From a virus (taxonomy: Duplodnaviria > Heunggongvirae > Uroviricota > Caudoviricetes > Crassvirales): 64,000 bases of DNA. The stretch is taken from IMG/VR virus record IMGVR_UViG_3300037280_000040, positions 20,379-84,378 of that record. The stretch is one strand, 5' to 3'. Positions 19,663 to 28,813 of this stretch are shown here, piece after piece (within the stretch, counting starts at the first letter, position 1; every line of letters begins with the position of its first letter). The notes under the pieces were generated by a model. The model did not search any database. It was given only the letters and a program-made list of their open reading frames with translations, and was not told where the DNA came from. Both the position numbers and the translations under genes were made by a program.

Positions 19663-20427
19663 TTATTTACGAATAGAAGCTTCAAATTCTCTTAATTCAG
19701 CATCTGAGTAAGAAGAAGTTAATTCTTCTACTTTAGCTACTACTTTATCTTCAGACTCAGTAACTGCATGGTCATCAATACTGGCAATATCTGTTACTAA
19801 AGTATCATACTCATCATCAGCAATAACTTCAGCACCAAAGAGTAAACCTACTATTGCAGTCAATACACTTTTTACAGTAGCTTTAGAAGCTTTTACTTCT
19901 TTAGAAGCAGCTGGTTTTTTAGCTTCTTTTTTAACTACAGGAACAATTTCTTCCACTTTAACTACTGGAGTAGCAGGATTTTTCTTACTAGCTTTAGATG
20001 CAGTAGTACTTACTCCTTGTTTAGAGTTTTTATGTCCATCAACAAATTTTAGCAAATCTTCAGTTTTTACCTGAGTATAGTTTTTACCATCAAATTTTAG
20101 TTTAATAGCATCACCTAATTTGTTTTCTTTGATATAATCAAAGGCATCAGTTCTATCAGAACCTGATTTGATTTTTTTGTTTTTGAGAGTAAGCATAATT
20201 ACTAACTCATTGGTGGTTTCACCTTTATAAGGAAGATTTGTAGGTAATACAGAGCTGTCATCCAATAATTCTACCTTAGCAATTGCTACATAGAATGTCA
20301 TATCATCAAAGTTAATATTGTTTTCAATTAAATTTCCTTTTAATTGACCCAATGTTTCAGCATTACTTACAAAAGTGATTTTACCTTGACCTGCTGCTTT
20401 AATTACCGTAATTTTTCTTGGTTCCAT
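19663..20427 (-). CDS. Hypothetical protein with a Lys/Ala-rich region and a compact N-terminal domain of about 90 aa
   Basis: KKEAKKPAASKEVKASKATVKS is histone H1-like low complexity. The N-terminal domain ends ...KIKSG. Confidence 0.4.
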   Translation of the reverse strand: MEPRKITVIKAAGQGKITFVSNAETLGQLKGNLIENNINFDDMTFYVAIAKVELLDDSSVLPTNLPYKGETTNELVIMLTLKNKKIKSGSDRTDAFDYIKENKLGDAIKLKFDGKNYTQVKTEDLLKFVDGHKNSKQGVSTTASKASKKNPATPVVKVEEIVPVVKKEAKKPAASKEVKASKATVKSVLTAIVGLLFGAEVIADDEYDTLVTDIASIDDHAVTESEDKVVAKVEELTSSYSDAELREFEASIRK

Positions 20428-20461
20428 AATAATTTTTTTTGTTTGTTTTTAAAAAAGTTTT

Positions 20462-21481
20462 TTATTTATTTATAAGTTTAAAGATTATTTCTCTAAACAT
20501 TTCTACACCACAATTTTTTCTTAAATCTGATGAGTCTTTTGATAGATACTTTTGATTAATTTCTATCTGAGGTAGACCAAACTCATTTGCTATTTTAGCT
20601 CCTAATGTTCTACCAGGATTATCTTTCTTTTCCCAATCATTATCATATAAAACCCAAACATTTTTAAATCTGAATTTTAATTCTTCAACTACTTGTTTCT
20701 TAGGAAAATAAGATTCTGCTTGTAGACTGCAACTAGGAATACCTGTATTCTCCCATATACATAAAGCATCTTTTCTACTTGAAGTGATAATTACATCATC
20801 TCCATATTGAGGAAGTTGTTGCCATAAATCCCAAACGGAAGAATCATGATTATTAGACCATTTATGGTTAATACTATAAGGTTGATAGATTTTAATAGAC
20901 TCTACTCCATCCTTAAATTCAACATATACATATGCATATTTTTCTGCTCCAATGACTATTTTTTGGTCATCTTTTGTTATTATAATATGAGAAATAGGAT
21001 AAGTACAAGAGAATTTTAACCAAGGAAGGGATATACCATATTGTTTCCAATATGCTATATCATAGTCCTTCCATTCTCTAACTTTAACTTGTAGTGTTAC
21101 TGGGGTTTTATTAATCTTAATTTCTTTTATATTATTTAATTTGGAGTTTAATGTATAGTTAGGTTCTAATAAGTTACTATTATCTAATAACTCTTCAGTT
21201 ATTTTGTTAATAGTTTCTTGTATAGTAGTATGTCCCCACATTAATTGTAGTAAATTAAAGGTATTACCTCTTTCTTGAGTTTTAAAATCTCTAAAGAATA
21301 TATGTTCACCATCATAAGTATTTAAACTTAATGAGGGATGATTATCTACTCTTAAAGGAGAATGTATTAAACAAGGAAGTTCTGTTATACCTAAATAATA
21401 AGCTAATATCTTAGATTCTGATACTATACTACTTAATTCATTGATAGACATACTATCTTTTCTACTTTTTCCAAATCCCAT
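20462..21481 (-). CDS. DnaG-like DNA primase (zinc-binding plus TOPRIM)
   Basis: CLIHSPLRVDNHPSLSL resembles the CHC2 zinc finger CPFHxEKTPSF. VLYDNDWEKKDNPGR is a TOPRIM DxD motif. Confidence 0.55.
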   Translation of the reverse strand: MGFGKSRKDSMSINELSSIVSESKILAYYLGITELPCLIHSPLRVDNHPSLSLNTYDGEHIFFRDFKTQERGNTFNLLQLMWGHTTIQETINKITEELLDNSNLLEPNYTLNSKLNNIKEIKINKTPVTLQVKVREWKDYDIAYWKQYGISLPWLKFSCTYPISHIIITKDDQKIVIGAEKYAYVYVEFKDGVESIKIYQPYSINHKWSNNHDSSVWDLWQQLPQYGDDVIITSSRKDALCIWENTGIPSCSLQAESYFPKKQVVEELKFRFKNVWVLYDNDWEKKDNPGRTLGAKIANEFGLPQIEINQKYLSKDSSDLRKNCGVEMFREIIFKLINK

Positions 21482-21490
21482 AATTAAATT

Positions 21491-22429
21491 TTACATAGGT
21501 AAATCATTACCTCCAAAGAAACTACCTAAATCAGCAGCTGCTACTGGAGGTTGTCCAGCTGGTGCTTCTGTAAATGTAGTAGCATTTACTACATATTCAT
21601 GCAAAGGTTCAATACTAAATTCTGTTTTAGAATAAGCATTATTAGCCTTAGCATCTTTAATAGCTGCATCTACTTTAGAGTAATCAGCAATACTATTTCT
21701 AATAGGCATTCTACTAAAAATATCTTGATACTGTTTACCTTCATCTATAGTTTTAATACCTACTGCTAACTTGATTTTATTTTCAGGTTGTAACTTGATA
21801 AGTTCCTTAATTTCTTTTACATTACCTGTAAAATAATTAGCAATATTATCTAATCTTGCTTCAGCATCAGATATATTATCAAGAGTTACAACTTCCCCAT
21901 TTTTCTTTTTGTAAGACTTATTAGGAATATTCAAATACACTTTTAAGAAGGCAGTTAATTCTTCTTCACCTACTACTACTTTTTTGTAAGGTCCTTCAAA
22001 CCAAGTAGCAACTTTTTCAGGGATTGCTCCAGTAGCTACATCATCAACACCTACCCAAGTACATTCTCCATAAGCATTGATAACCTGAACTTTAGTTTTA
22101 TCTTTATTCAGTTTATCTTCTTGTTTAAGGAAGAAGCTTTGTTTAGTAAGTAATTCAATACCATTATTTTTATCAGGTACTGTTTTAATAATAAAGTCAA
22201 GTCTTACTTGATTAACACCTGTTTCTTCTTCTACTGAAGTATATTCAGGTTCTTTCTCAAGTTCTCTACCATAAATCTTTTCAGATTCAGCCATAGTAGG
22301 ATTTAAAGCAATTACATTGAATACACCAATACCAATGTATTTAGGATAAACTACTGCATCTGTAGTTTCTCTACCACCACCAAATGCCATAAACAATGAA
22401 CCACTACTTAATTTTTCTTCTTCTTTCAT
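21491..22429 (-). CDS. Putative ssDNA-binding protein
   Basis: It lies between the primase and the helicase. It ends FFGGNDLPM, reminiscent of SSB C-terminal tails. Weak call. Confidence 0.3.
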   Translation of the reverse strand: MKEEEKLSSGSLFMAFGGGRETTDAVVYPKYIGIGVFNVIALNPTMAESEKIYGRELEKEPEYTSVEEETGVNQVRLDFIIKTVPDKNNGIELLTKQSFFLKQEDKLNKDKTKVQVINAYGECTWVGVDDVATGAIPEKVATWFEGPYKKVVVGEEELTAFLKVYLNIPNKSYKKKNGEVVTLDNISDAEARLDNIANYFTGNVKEIKELIKLQPENKIKLAVGIKTIDEGKQYQDIFSRMPIRNSIADYSKVDAAIKDAKANNAYSKTEFSIEPLHEYVVNATTFTEAPAGQPPVAAADLGSFFGGNDLPM

Positions 22430-22473
22430 TACTCTTTCTATTTTTATATATTAAAGGATATTTTTTTTTATTT

Positions 22474-22851
22474 TTAAAGTACTATTTCTTCTGTAGGAGT
22501 ATTAGTAGGTTCAAGAATCTCATCTTCAGATTGTTGACTTCTCAACTCAGCTGTTACATCAATTTCTTCAGGAGTAGCAGTTTCATCAATATTATTGGCT
22601 AAAACTGAAGTAGATGGAGAAATAACAGACTGAGGGTTAAGTACCTCTTCAATTGTTTTACCACCTGTATAAGCTATAGCAGCTTCATGTATACGTTTAA
22701 TTTCAGTTTCTAACTCTTCTTTTTCAGTTTTGTTTTTGTTTAACAATTCTGCTTCTTTTTCATTGATACGGTCAAGTTTTCTTTGTAAAGATACTAAATC
22801 TCTTGACATGCTTTTAATAGCATTTACTTTAAAATTACTTAAATCACTCAT
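22474..22851 (-). CDS. Coiled-coil small protein
   Basis: Heptad-like charged helix, LQRKLDRINEKEAELLNKNKTEKEELETEIKR. Confidence 0.35.
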   Translation of the reverse strand: MSDLSNFKVNAIKSMSRDLVSLQRKLDRINEKEAELLNKNKTEKEELETEIKRIHEAAIAYTGGKTIEEVLNPQSVISPSTSVLANNIDETATPEEIDVTAELRSQQSEDEILEPTNTPTEEIVL

Positions 22852-22874
22852 TTTTTCTTACTTTTTATTTATTT

Positions 22875-23555
22875 TTAATTATAATACTCATCCATAGCTG
22901 TAAATACTAAAGCTAAGTCATTTGGTATTGTTTTTGATTCAAACATTTCTTCAGGAGTCTTAGCAGGTATTTCTATACCATTAATAAGAGCTTTCCTTGT
23001 ATAAAATTGAAATACTGGCTCATTGTTTTTATCAAAACTAGGGGCACAATATAAACACATTGATACTACTTCAATTGGATTATAATGAGCTTCTACCATT
23101 TGTCCAACTAACTTACATTTTTTACCAACAATAGTTTTATCATTGATAATATCATCATCATGTAGCATCATTACTACTTTTAAATCTACTCTAGCTTGTT
23201 CAGCAGCTTCAATAATACTATGAAAATGTTGAGCATACTCAGTAAACTTAGTATATCCAACTTCTTTTGCTCTCTTCATAAATTCTTTTTCCATTATGAA
23301 TCTAGCATCATCAATAATGATAGTTTTAACACCTGGAGCTTGAGAGCTAACCATCTGAATAAATGGTACTACTTTATCCCAAGTATCAATACTAACCATA
23401 TTTTTATTAGCCTCAGAATACAATGTTCTTGACCCTCTAAAAGGTAAATCCTTTTTTAAAGTATTAATAATGATTGTTTCTTTTGGATTTAAGTTTTTAG
23501 TACTCCTACTCTTTCCTGACCCTGTTGGTCCTAGCACAATTAAAATCTTTCCCAT
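22875..23555 (-). CDS. P-loop ATPase, AAA_24/Sak4-like or helicase-loader-like
   Basis: Walker A is ILIVLGPTGSGKS and Walker B is TIIIDDARF. It sits directly downstream of the helicase. Confidence 0.5.
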   Translation of the reverse strand: MGKILIVLGPTGSGKSRSTKNLNPKETIIINTLKKDLPFRGSRTLYSEANKNMVSIDTWDKVVPFIQMVSSQAPGVKTIIIDDARFIMEKEFMKRAKEVGYTKFTEYAQHFHSIIEAAEQARVDLKVVMMLHDDDIINDKTIVGKKCKLVGQMVEAHYNPIEVVSMCLYCAPSFDKNNEPVFQFYTRKALINGIEIPAKTPEEMFESKTIPNDLALVFTAMDEYYN

Positions 23556-24796
23556 TAATTTAATAAATTGTTTAACATTACTTTTCTGGTTTTATGTAAT
23601 GTTGATTGTAAAAACTTAGGAGTGTATTTATCAGCTCCATATAACATCATCATCAGATTATTTCTTAGAATAATCTCTCCACTTCTAATTCTATCTAGCA
23701 TTTTAAAGCTAGATTTTAATAACTCAGATTCATTAGGTAAAGGTAATTCACTAAAGAAATTAACACCTCCATCAAAGAATAAGGGACATACTGTTCCACC
23801 TCCTCCTTCTCTACCAGCAATAAGTTCCATGAATCTTATATTATCTCTAAATTTAGTTATATCATAATTTTCATAGCTTTGTATGCCATGTCTAAAAGGA
23901 CTAAATAAACCAATAATTACATCAGCATCTCTGGCTATTACTTTAGCATCACCATAACCATCTAAAGTGGGTTGTAACTTTCCTAACTTTCTATTCTCAT
24001 TACCTTCTTGAGCAGCAGCTTGTTGTATAACTATAATCATAATATATCTATACTTATTTCTTAAAGTAATAGAATATTCAGAAGAGAATTTTACAATAGC
24101 ATCCCTTAATGTACCATTTTTTTCAGGGCTTAATAAAGCAATATGGTCTATAACACATTCAACATATTCATCAGGGTCATTTGCTTCATAATAATCATCA
24201 ATTTCTTGTTGAGATTCAACTTCTCCTGTATTATTATTAATAAAAGGGACTATTTTAGTATGCTGCACACCGTTAGACTGAGCATATTGTTTCATGAATT
24301 TATAAATCCCAAAAGGATTTTTAATATTATCAATAAATACAACAGTCTCTTCAAAGAATTGAAAATATTGCTTATAAGTATCAGAAGCTAATATATCAAG
24401 AATATCTTGAGATAAAGGGTTTCTAATATCAGCACTTCTTAAATCTTTTGGTGTAATTCTTATATTACCTCTTGAAAGCATAAATAATAAGTGACACATA
24501 AATTGCTGATACTTTTGTTCTTTACTCATTTCAAGAGTAAAATAAAATATCTTTAATCTAATTTTTTCTTTATTTTTTAATGCATAAAAATAAGGAGTAT
24601 AAAGAAATAAATAATCAGATAATTGTGTCTTACCTACTTTAGTACTTGCTGTAACATGATAGGTTGTTTTCTGCTCAATTCCAGGCAATTCTGTAGAGAA
24701 TCTATGTAAACTAAAAGGTATTGAATTAACTTTACCTTCTTCTAATCTATTCTTTCTTGTTATTAAATCATCTATAACTCTATTATATAATTCCAT
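23555..24796 (-). CDS. DnaB-like replicative helicase (SF4 RecA-fold domain)
   Basis: IPFSLHRFSTELPGIEQKTTYHVTASTKVGKTQ matches DnaB GVPTGF..LD..T.G....LIIVAARPSMGKTA. FTLEMSKEQ matches FSLEMS. Confidence 0.6.
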   Translation of the reverse strand: MELYNRVIDDLITRKNRLEEGKVNSIPFSLHRFSTELPGIEQKTTYHVTASTKVGKTQLSDYLFLYTPYFYALKNKEKIRLKIFYFTLEMSKEQKYQQFMCHLLFMLSRGNIRITPKDLRSADIRNPLSQDILDILASDTYKQYFQFFEETVVFIDNIKNPFGIYKFMKQYAQSNGVQHTKIVPFINNNTGEVESQQEIDDYYEANDPDEYVECVIDHIALLSPEKNGTLRDAIVKFSSEYSITLRNKYRYIMIIVIQQAAAQEGNENRKLGKLQPTLDGYGDAKVIARDADVIIGLFSPFRHGIQSYENYDITKFRDNIRFMELIAGREGGGGTVCPLFFDGGVNFFSELPLPNESELLKSSFKMLDRIRSGEIILRNNLMMMLYGADKYTPKFLQSTLHKTRKVMLNNLLN

Positions 24797-24972
24797 TATA
24801 ATAGTTCATCAATTCTAATTAAAAAACTAACTATATCACTTTCAGTTAATCCTTCTTCTTCATATTTTTCTTCTGCTTCATTCATGATATTATCAATATC
24901 CTCTTTAAGCAAAGGGAAGTCACTAATTAGCTTTTTAGCATGTTCTCTTAATCTTTTCATCATCTTCATTTT

Positions 24973-25572
24973 TTACTTTAATTTACTAGTCCAATTTTGG
25001 TCTAATCTATTCTCAACAGCACCAGCATTCTCAATATAATTCATCAACTCACTTACTTCATCACCTTTATCAGGACTTTTTTTCCAAATAAAGTATTTAA
25101 GTAATTGCATATAAGTTATATCATTCTTAAAAGACTGCATATATCTTGTAGTTGCATCTACTAATTGTTCATCTGTATAGTTACTACCATATTTTTTAAA
25201 AAAAGATTGTAGTTTCTTTACAATATCAGGAACATTACCTCTCCAGTAATAATTAGTTCCTTGCTTCTTACCTTCAGGATAAATGACTTGTAATTTAACA
25301 GCAAGTGCTTTTAATCTATCTAAGGCAGGTACATCTTTATCAGACTCTAATGTAAGGTCCTCTAATACTGCTACTCCTTTATCCATTATAAAAAGTTCAT
25401 TAGTAGGTTTAGTCATAAAATACTTTCTACTAACATATCCTTTCTCTAATAAAATAGGAACAGTTTTATCCAAATCTACATGGTAATATAAAGCTAGTAA
25501 TACAACAGCTTCTTGGAAGCTAACATTATGTTTCTCTAATATATTAGAGGTTATATTAATACCATTACTCAT
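24973..25572 (-). CDS. Hypothetical protein
   Basis: ORF. Confidence 0.4.
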   Translation of the reverse strand: MSNGINITSNILEKHNVSFQEAVVLLALYYHVDLDKTVPILLEKGYVSRKYFMTKPTNELFIMDKGVAVLEDLTLESDKDVPALDRLKALAVKLQVIYPEGKKQGTNYYWRGNVPDIVKKLQSFFKKYGSNYTDEQLVDATTRYMQSFKNDITYMQLLKYFIWKKSPDKGDEVSELMNYIENAGAVENRLDQNWTSKLK

Positions 25573-25840
25573 TTTTTTCCTCCAATTTTTTTCTTAATTT
25601 ATTAGCAATAAATAATCTTTTAAACTTAGGTCTAATTAGGACATCTCCTATAAATTTTACCTTAGCTTCATCTTTAATATTATCTAATTTAGCAATTTTT
25701 TCAATATTTATTAATTTACTCTGTACAGAATTACTATTATATGCTTCCATAATAATAGTTGCTGCTTCAATTCCATAAGAAAGGATAACATTTATATTAA
25801 TATTATCCTTTCTAGGAATATTCTCTTTAACTGAATTCAT
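25565..25840 (-). CDS. Hypothetical small protein
   Basis: ORF overlapping its neighbours by 8 nt. Confidence 0.3.
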   Translation of the reverse strand: MNSVKENIPRKDNININVILSYGIEAATIIMEAYNSNSVQSKLINIEKIAKLDNIKDEAKVKFIGDVLIRPKFKRLFIANKLRKKLEEKNE

Positions 25841-25858
25841 AATAAAACTTTTTTAAGA

Positions 25859-27082
25859 TTATAAAATATCTATTTCCTCTGCACTTGTAACTATGTTAAT
25901 ATATTCAGGGTCTATATCCTTGATTATATTTTGCATGTACTCTTCATCTCTGGTATCTTTATAATAAAATACTAATAAAATTGGCTCATCTGCTCTTAAA
26001 GTTCTACCACTTTTTTGTGTAAATGGTCTTTCTACTCCATCTAATTGAATAATTACTCCTGCTTCAATACCTGAAAGATTTTGACCCTCTTGCAACATTC
26101 CTACTGCAAAGATACTATTTATTTTCCTTTTATCAAAATTATCAATAACTTCAGCTGGTGTACTATCTTTCATTTTAGAATGTATAGCATTCTTTTTACC
26201 TAATAATTCAGCTTGTACAATACTACCACAAAAACAAATAAATCTCTTTTTCTTAAGTAACTTAATAAAAGGTTTTACTTTATTTGTCTTAGAATCAGCT
26301 AGAAATCTCTTTCTCTCAGACCCTATTAACATCCATTTTACCTTAGCAAATTCTTGTCTTGTTCTCATATAAAGATTCTTGTAATAAATGAATTGAGCAT
26401 TTAAATGAAAATTCTTTTCATATTGAGTACAGGAAATTACTAATTTTACATTAGGATATGTATCTTTTTTATGCGTTAAATATTGCCATCTATCACCATA
26501 ATTACAGTAAATAGTAACTCTATCTTTTACTTTACCCCATGATTCTTCTACAATACAGTCTCTAATAACTTTTTCAAGTGTGAGAGGTATAAGAAAAATT
26601 CTAGGTTTAGGGAGTATACCCCATAGAATAGCTTGTTTTAAAGATATTTTAAATTCTTTAAACTTACCATAGATTCCTTCAATATAGTACTTATTTTCCA
26701 CTCCTAATGTAGCAGTTAATAACACTATTTTATTAGCCTTAATAGTAGATAAATAATCTAATCTTATCTCTGAAGCAGCATGATGCCCCTCATCTAAACA
26801 TAATAAATCAATATTATCATTAACATTGTTTTTAAGAGAAGCATAGCAGAATATCTTAGTTTTTTTAAGTAATTCTTCTTTACCATGCTTTTTATACTCA
26901 TCTTCCCAGTTTTTAATATGAGCTATTTCTGCTACTACAATCCAAGTAATCTCAGCTTTAAGATATTCTTGTATTTTAATAAAAGCATAACTTTTACCAC
27001 AACCAGTTGCCCATGATAATAATAATCTGTTATTAGTACTTATTAGGCTAATAGATTCACTTTGTATGTCATCTTTAGTCAT
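25859..27082 (-). CDS. SF2 helicase (DEAH-like)
   Basis: Motif I is ATGCGKS, motif II is LCLDEGHH and motif III is LLTATL. Confidence 0.6.
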   Translation of the reverse strand: MTKDDIQSESISLISTNNRLLLSWATGCGKSYAFIKIQEYLKAEITWIVVAEIAHIKNWEDEYKKHGKEELLKKTKIFCYASLKNNVNDNIDLLCLDEGHHAASEIRLDYLSTIKANKIVLLTATLGVENKYYIEGIYGKFKEFKISLKQAILWGILPKPRIFLIPLTLEKVIRDCIVEESWGKVKDRVTIYCNYGDRWQYLTHKKDTYPNVKLVISCTQYEKNFHLNAQFIYYKNLYMRTRQEFAKVKWMLIGSERKRFLADSKTNKVKPFIKLLKKKRFICFCGSIVQAELLGKKNAIHSKMKDSTPAEVIDNFDKRKINSIFAVGMLQEGQNLSGIEAGVIIQLDGVERPFTQKSGRTLRADEPILLVFYYKDTRDEEYMQNIIKDIDPEYINIVTSAEEIDIL

Positions 27083-27085
27083 TTT

Positions 27086-27433
27086 TTACTTCTTCTCTCT
27101 ATTTTTTAAAATCTCTAAAGCAGCTTCAATACCTTTTAATAAAGCAGCATCATAATCTTTTCCATGTGGAATAAATGTAGCCATTCTATTAAAACTAGCA
27201 TAAGTCCTATTATAACTATTAATATCAAATAATTCTGCCCAATATAATCTTTCTTCTCTTGTAGTTGAATAAGTAATATCTATTCTAATATGAATATTTT
27301 GAGTATCTCTTAACCAAGCTTGTATATCTGTCATAAAATTATGACAATTACTAACAGGACATCCTAGTTTAATATATTCTTGTAGTATATCCATTTTAAA
27401 TACCTTTAGAGGAAAGAAGTTTATAAATACCAC
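27086..27433 (-). CDS. Hypothetical protein
   Basis: ORF. Confidence 0.35.
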   Translation of the reverse strand: MVFINFFPLKVFKMDILQEYIKLGCPVSNCHNFMTDIQAWLRDTQNIHIRIDITYSTTREERLYWAELFDINSYNRTYASFNRMATFIPHGKDYDAALLKGIEAALEILKNREKK

Positions 27434-27812
27434 TTACTGTCTTACCCTCAAATAGACCTTCATGATTAGCCTTAAAATAAGCCATACATACTCCTATTGA
27501 AGTAAAGCATTGTTCTGTAATAATATCACTTATTTCTTCTTTACTTAATTGAGTAGGAAGGAATAAATTTAATAACAAATTCTCATCCTCTAATTCTTTA
27601 GTTGCTACACACTTATTATTATCAGTAATAATACCTTTAATAATTCTTATAACATCAGAATCACTAGGATTTCTAGGGTCTTTAGTATTTAATTTGCTAT
27701 TTAATTCCTCATCTCTTGAAATCTCTGCAAGAACAATACCTAGAATTACTCTACTCTCTTTATGAGTATTTCTATAGGTAATAATTTTTTCTAACAATGT
27801 ACTTTCTGCCAT
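27396..27812 (-). CDS. Hypothetical protein
   Basis: ORF. Confidence 0.35.
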   Translation of the reverse strand: MAESTLLEKIITYRNTHKESRVILGIVLAEISRDEELNSKLNTKDPRNPSDSDVIRIIKGIITDNNKCVATKELEDENLLLNLFLPTQLSKEEISDIITEQCFTSIGVCMAYFKANHEGLFEGKTVSGIYKLLSSKGI

Positions 27813-28279
27813 TCTACCATCTGTTTTAATTTATAAATATACTTCTTATCTTTAGCATATTTTATTCTTTTTAAGAAACTAAAGTAATCCTCACTGGGAG
27901 GTTTAAATCTAGCTTGTATGAATAAAGAATATGCTTTTACTGATTCATGCCAATGATTAAATTTCATATACTTACCATTTTGTCCTGTTAGACCAAATAA
28001 GTTCTTTCTTAGTATAAAATTATTAGATTTAAAATGACTTGATTCTAGTAAAGCTTGTACTAATACTACATTTTTACATTTTATACTATAATAATCTAAA
28101 CATTTATTTAGTTCTACAATACTTATAGAATCTGAATTTAAGAAGTTAGGTCTTATCTCAGGCAATAAAATGCCTATATGAGGTCTACTATCTATATACT
28201 CAGTTCTAACAACTCTAGGACTACAAGAAGATATAATATTTAACACCACTAACATAATAATTACTACTTTCTCTCTCAT
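27791..28279 (-). CDS. Lipoprotein with a GH73 glucosaminidase (FlgJ-like) domain. It is a putative peptidoglycan hydrolase and a possible endolysin.
   Basis: The lipobox is LNIISSCSP. VQALLESSHFKSNNFILRKNLFGLTG matches the GH73 signature AQAALESGWG...NNLFGIK. Confidence 0.5.
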   Translation of the reverse strand: MREKVVIIMLVVLNIISSCSPRVVRTEYIDSRPHIGILLPEIRPNFLNSDSISIVELNKCLDYYSIKCKNVVLVQALLESSHFKSNNFILRKNLFGLTGQNGKYMKFNHWHESVKAYSLFIQARFKPPSEDYFSFLKRIKYAKDKKYIYKLKQMVEWQKVHC

Positions 28280-28299
28280 ACTTTATTATTTAATTAATA

Positions 28300-28545
28300 C
28301 TAAATTCTTTCTCTCTCTCTCTGTTTCTTTTTAAAACCTTTCATTAACATAGTAATACCTAAGTCAAATTTTTGTAAATCTGTACTTAAAGTGTTTCTTC
28401 TAATTAAATCTTTGTTTATGAATCTTTTCCTTCTCTTTGCTGTATAAGCTACATCTAATCTTCTTATAGCCATGAGTAAAAGACCTTTTCTCTCTTGAGT
28501 ACTAAATACTAAATCATACTCTTTATCATTAAATCTTTTTCTCAT
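28300..28545 (-). CDS. Basic small protein
   Basis: Lys/Arg-rich ORF. Confidence 0.3.
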   Translation of the reverse strand: MRKRFNDKEYDLVFSTQERKGLLLMAIRRLDVAYTAKRRKRFINKDLIRRNTLSTDLQKFDLGITMLMKGFKKKQRERERI

Positions 28546-28811
28546 AATTTTTTACTATTATGATAAATAATAAACCCTTGAGTAAACATTATACAAATAA
28601 TTAAAAACCATTTACCTATAAAGTTATATTTAGTACTAGATATTAAATCAATTTGTACATGCATACAGATAGTTATAAATCCAATAGTTGCTAATAAGAT
28701 ATAGACAAATCCTAATACTTTGTTTAATTTTTTGCCTGCCATAATGTGATTTGTTTTTAAGTTATTAAAATAATTGATTAATGTATTGATTAATGTATTG
28801 ATTATCAACAC
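28542..28811 (-). CDS. Small two-TM membrane protein, possibly a holin. The true start is probably the internal MAGKK.
   Basis: Two hydrophobic helices, VLGFVYILLATIGFITICMHV and FIGKWFLIICIMFTQGFIIY. The 5' end overlaps a 12-bp tandem repeat. Confidence 0.35.
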   Translation of the reverse strand: MLIINTLINTLINYFNNLKTNHIMAGKKLNKVLGFVYILLATIGFITICMHVQIDLISSTKYNFIGKWFLIICIMFTQGFIIYHNSKKL

Positions 28812-28813
28812 TT

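Noticed and set aside
21441-24391. Several 64-99 aa plus-strand ORFs inside the primase, SSB, ATPase and helicase genes
   Set aside because: They are antisense to ORFs that carry clear motifs, and their translations are hydrophobic or low-complexity.
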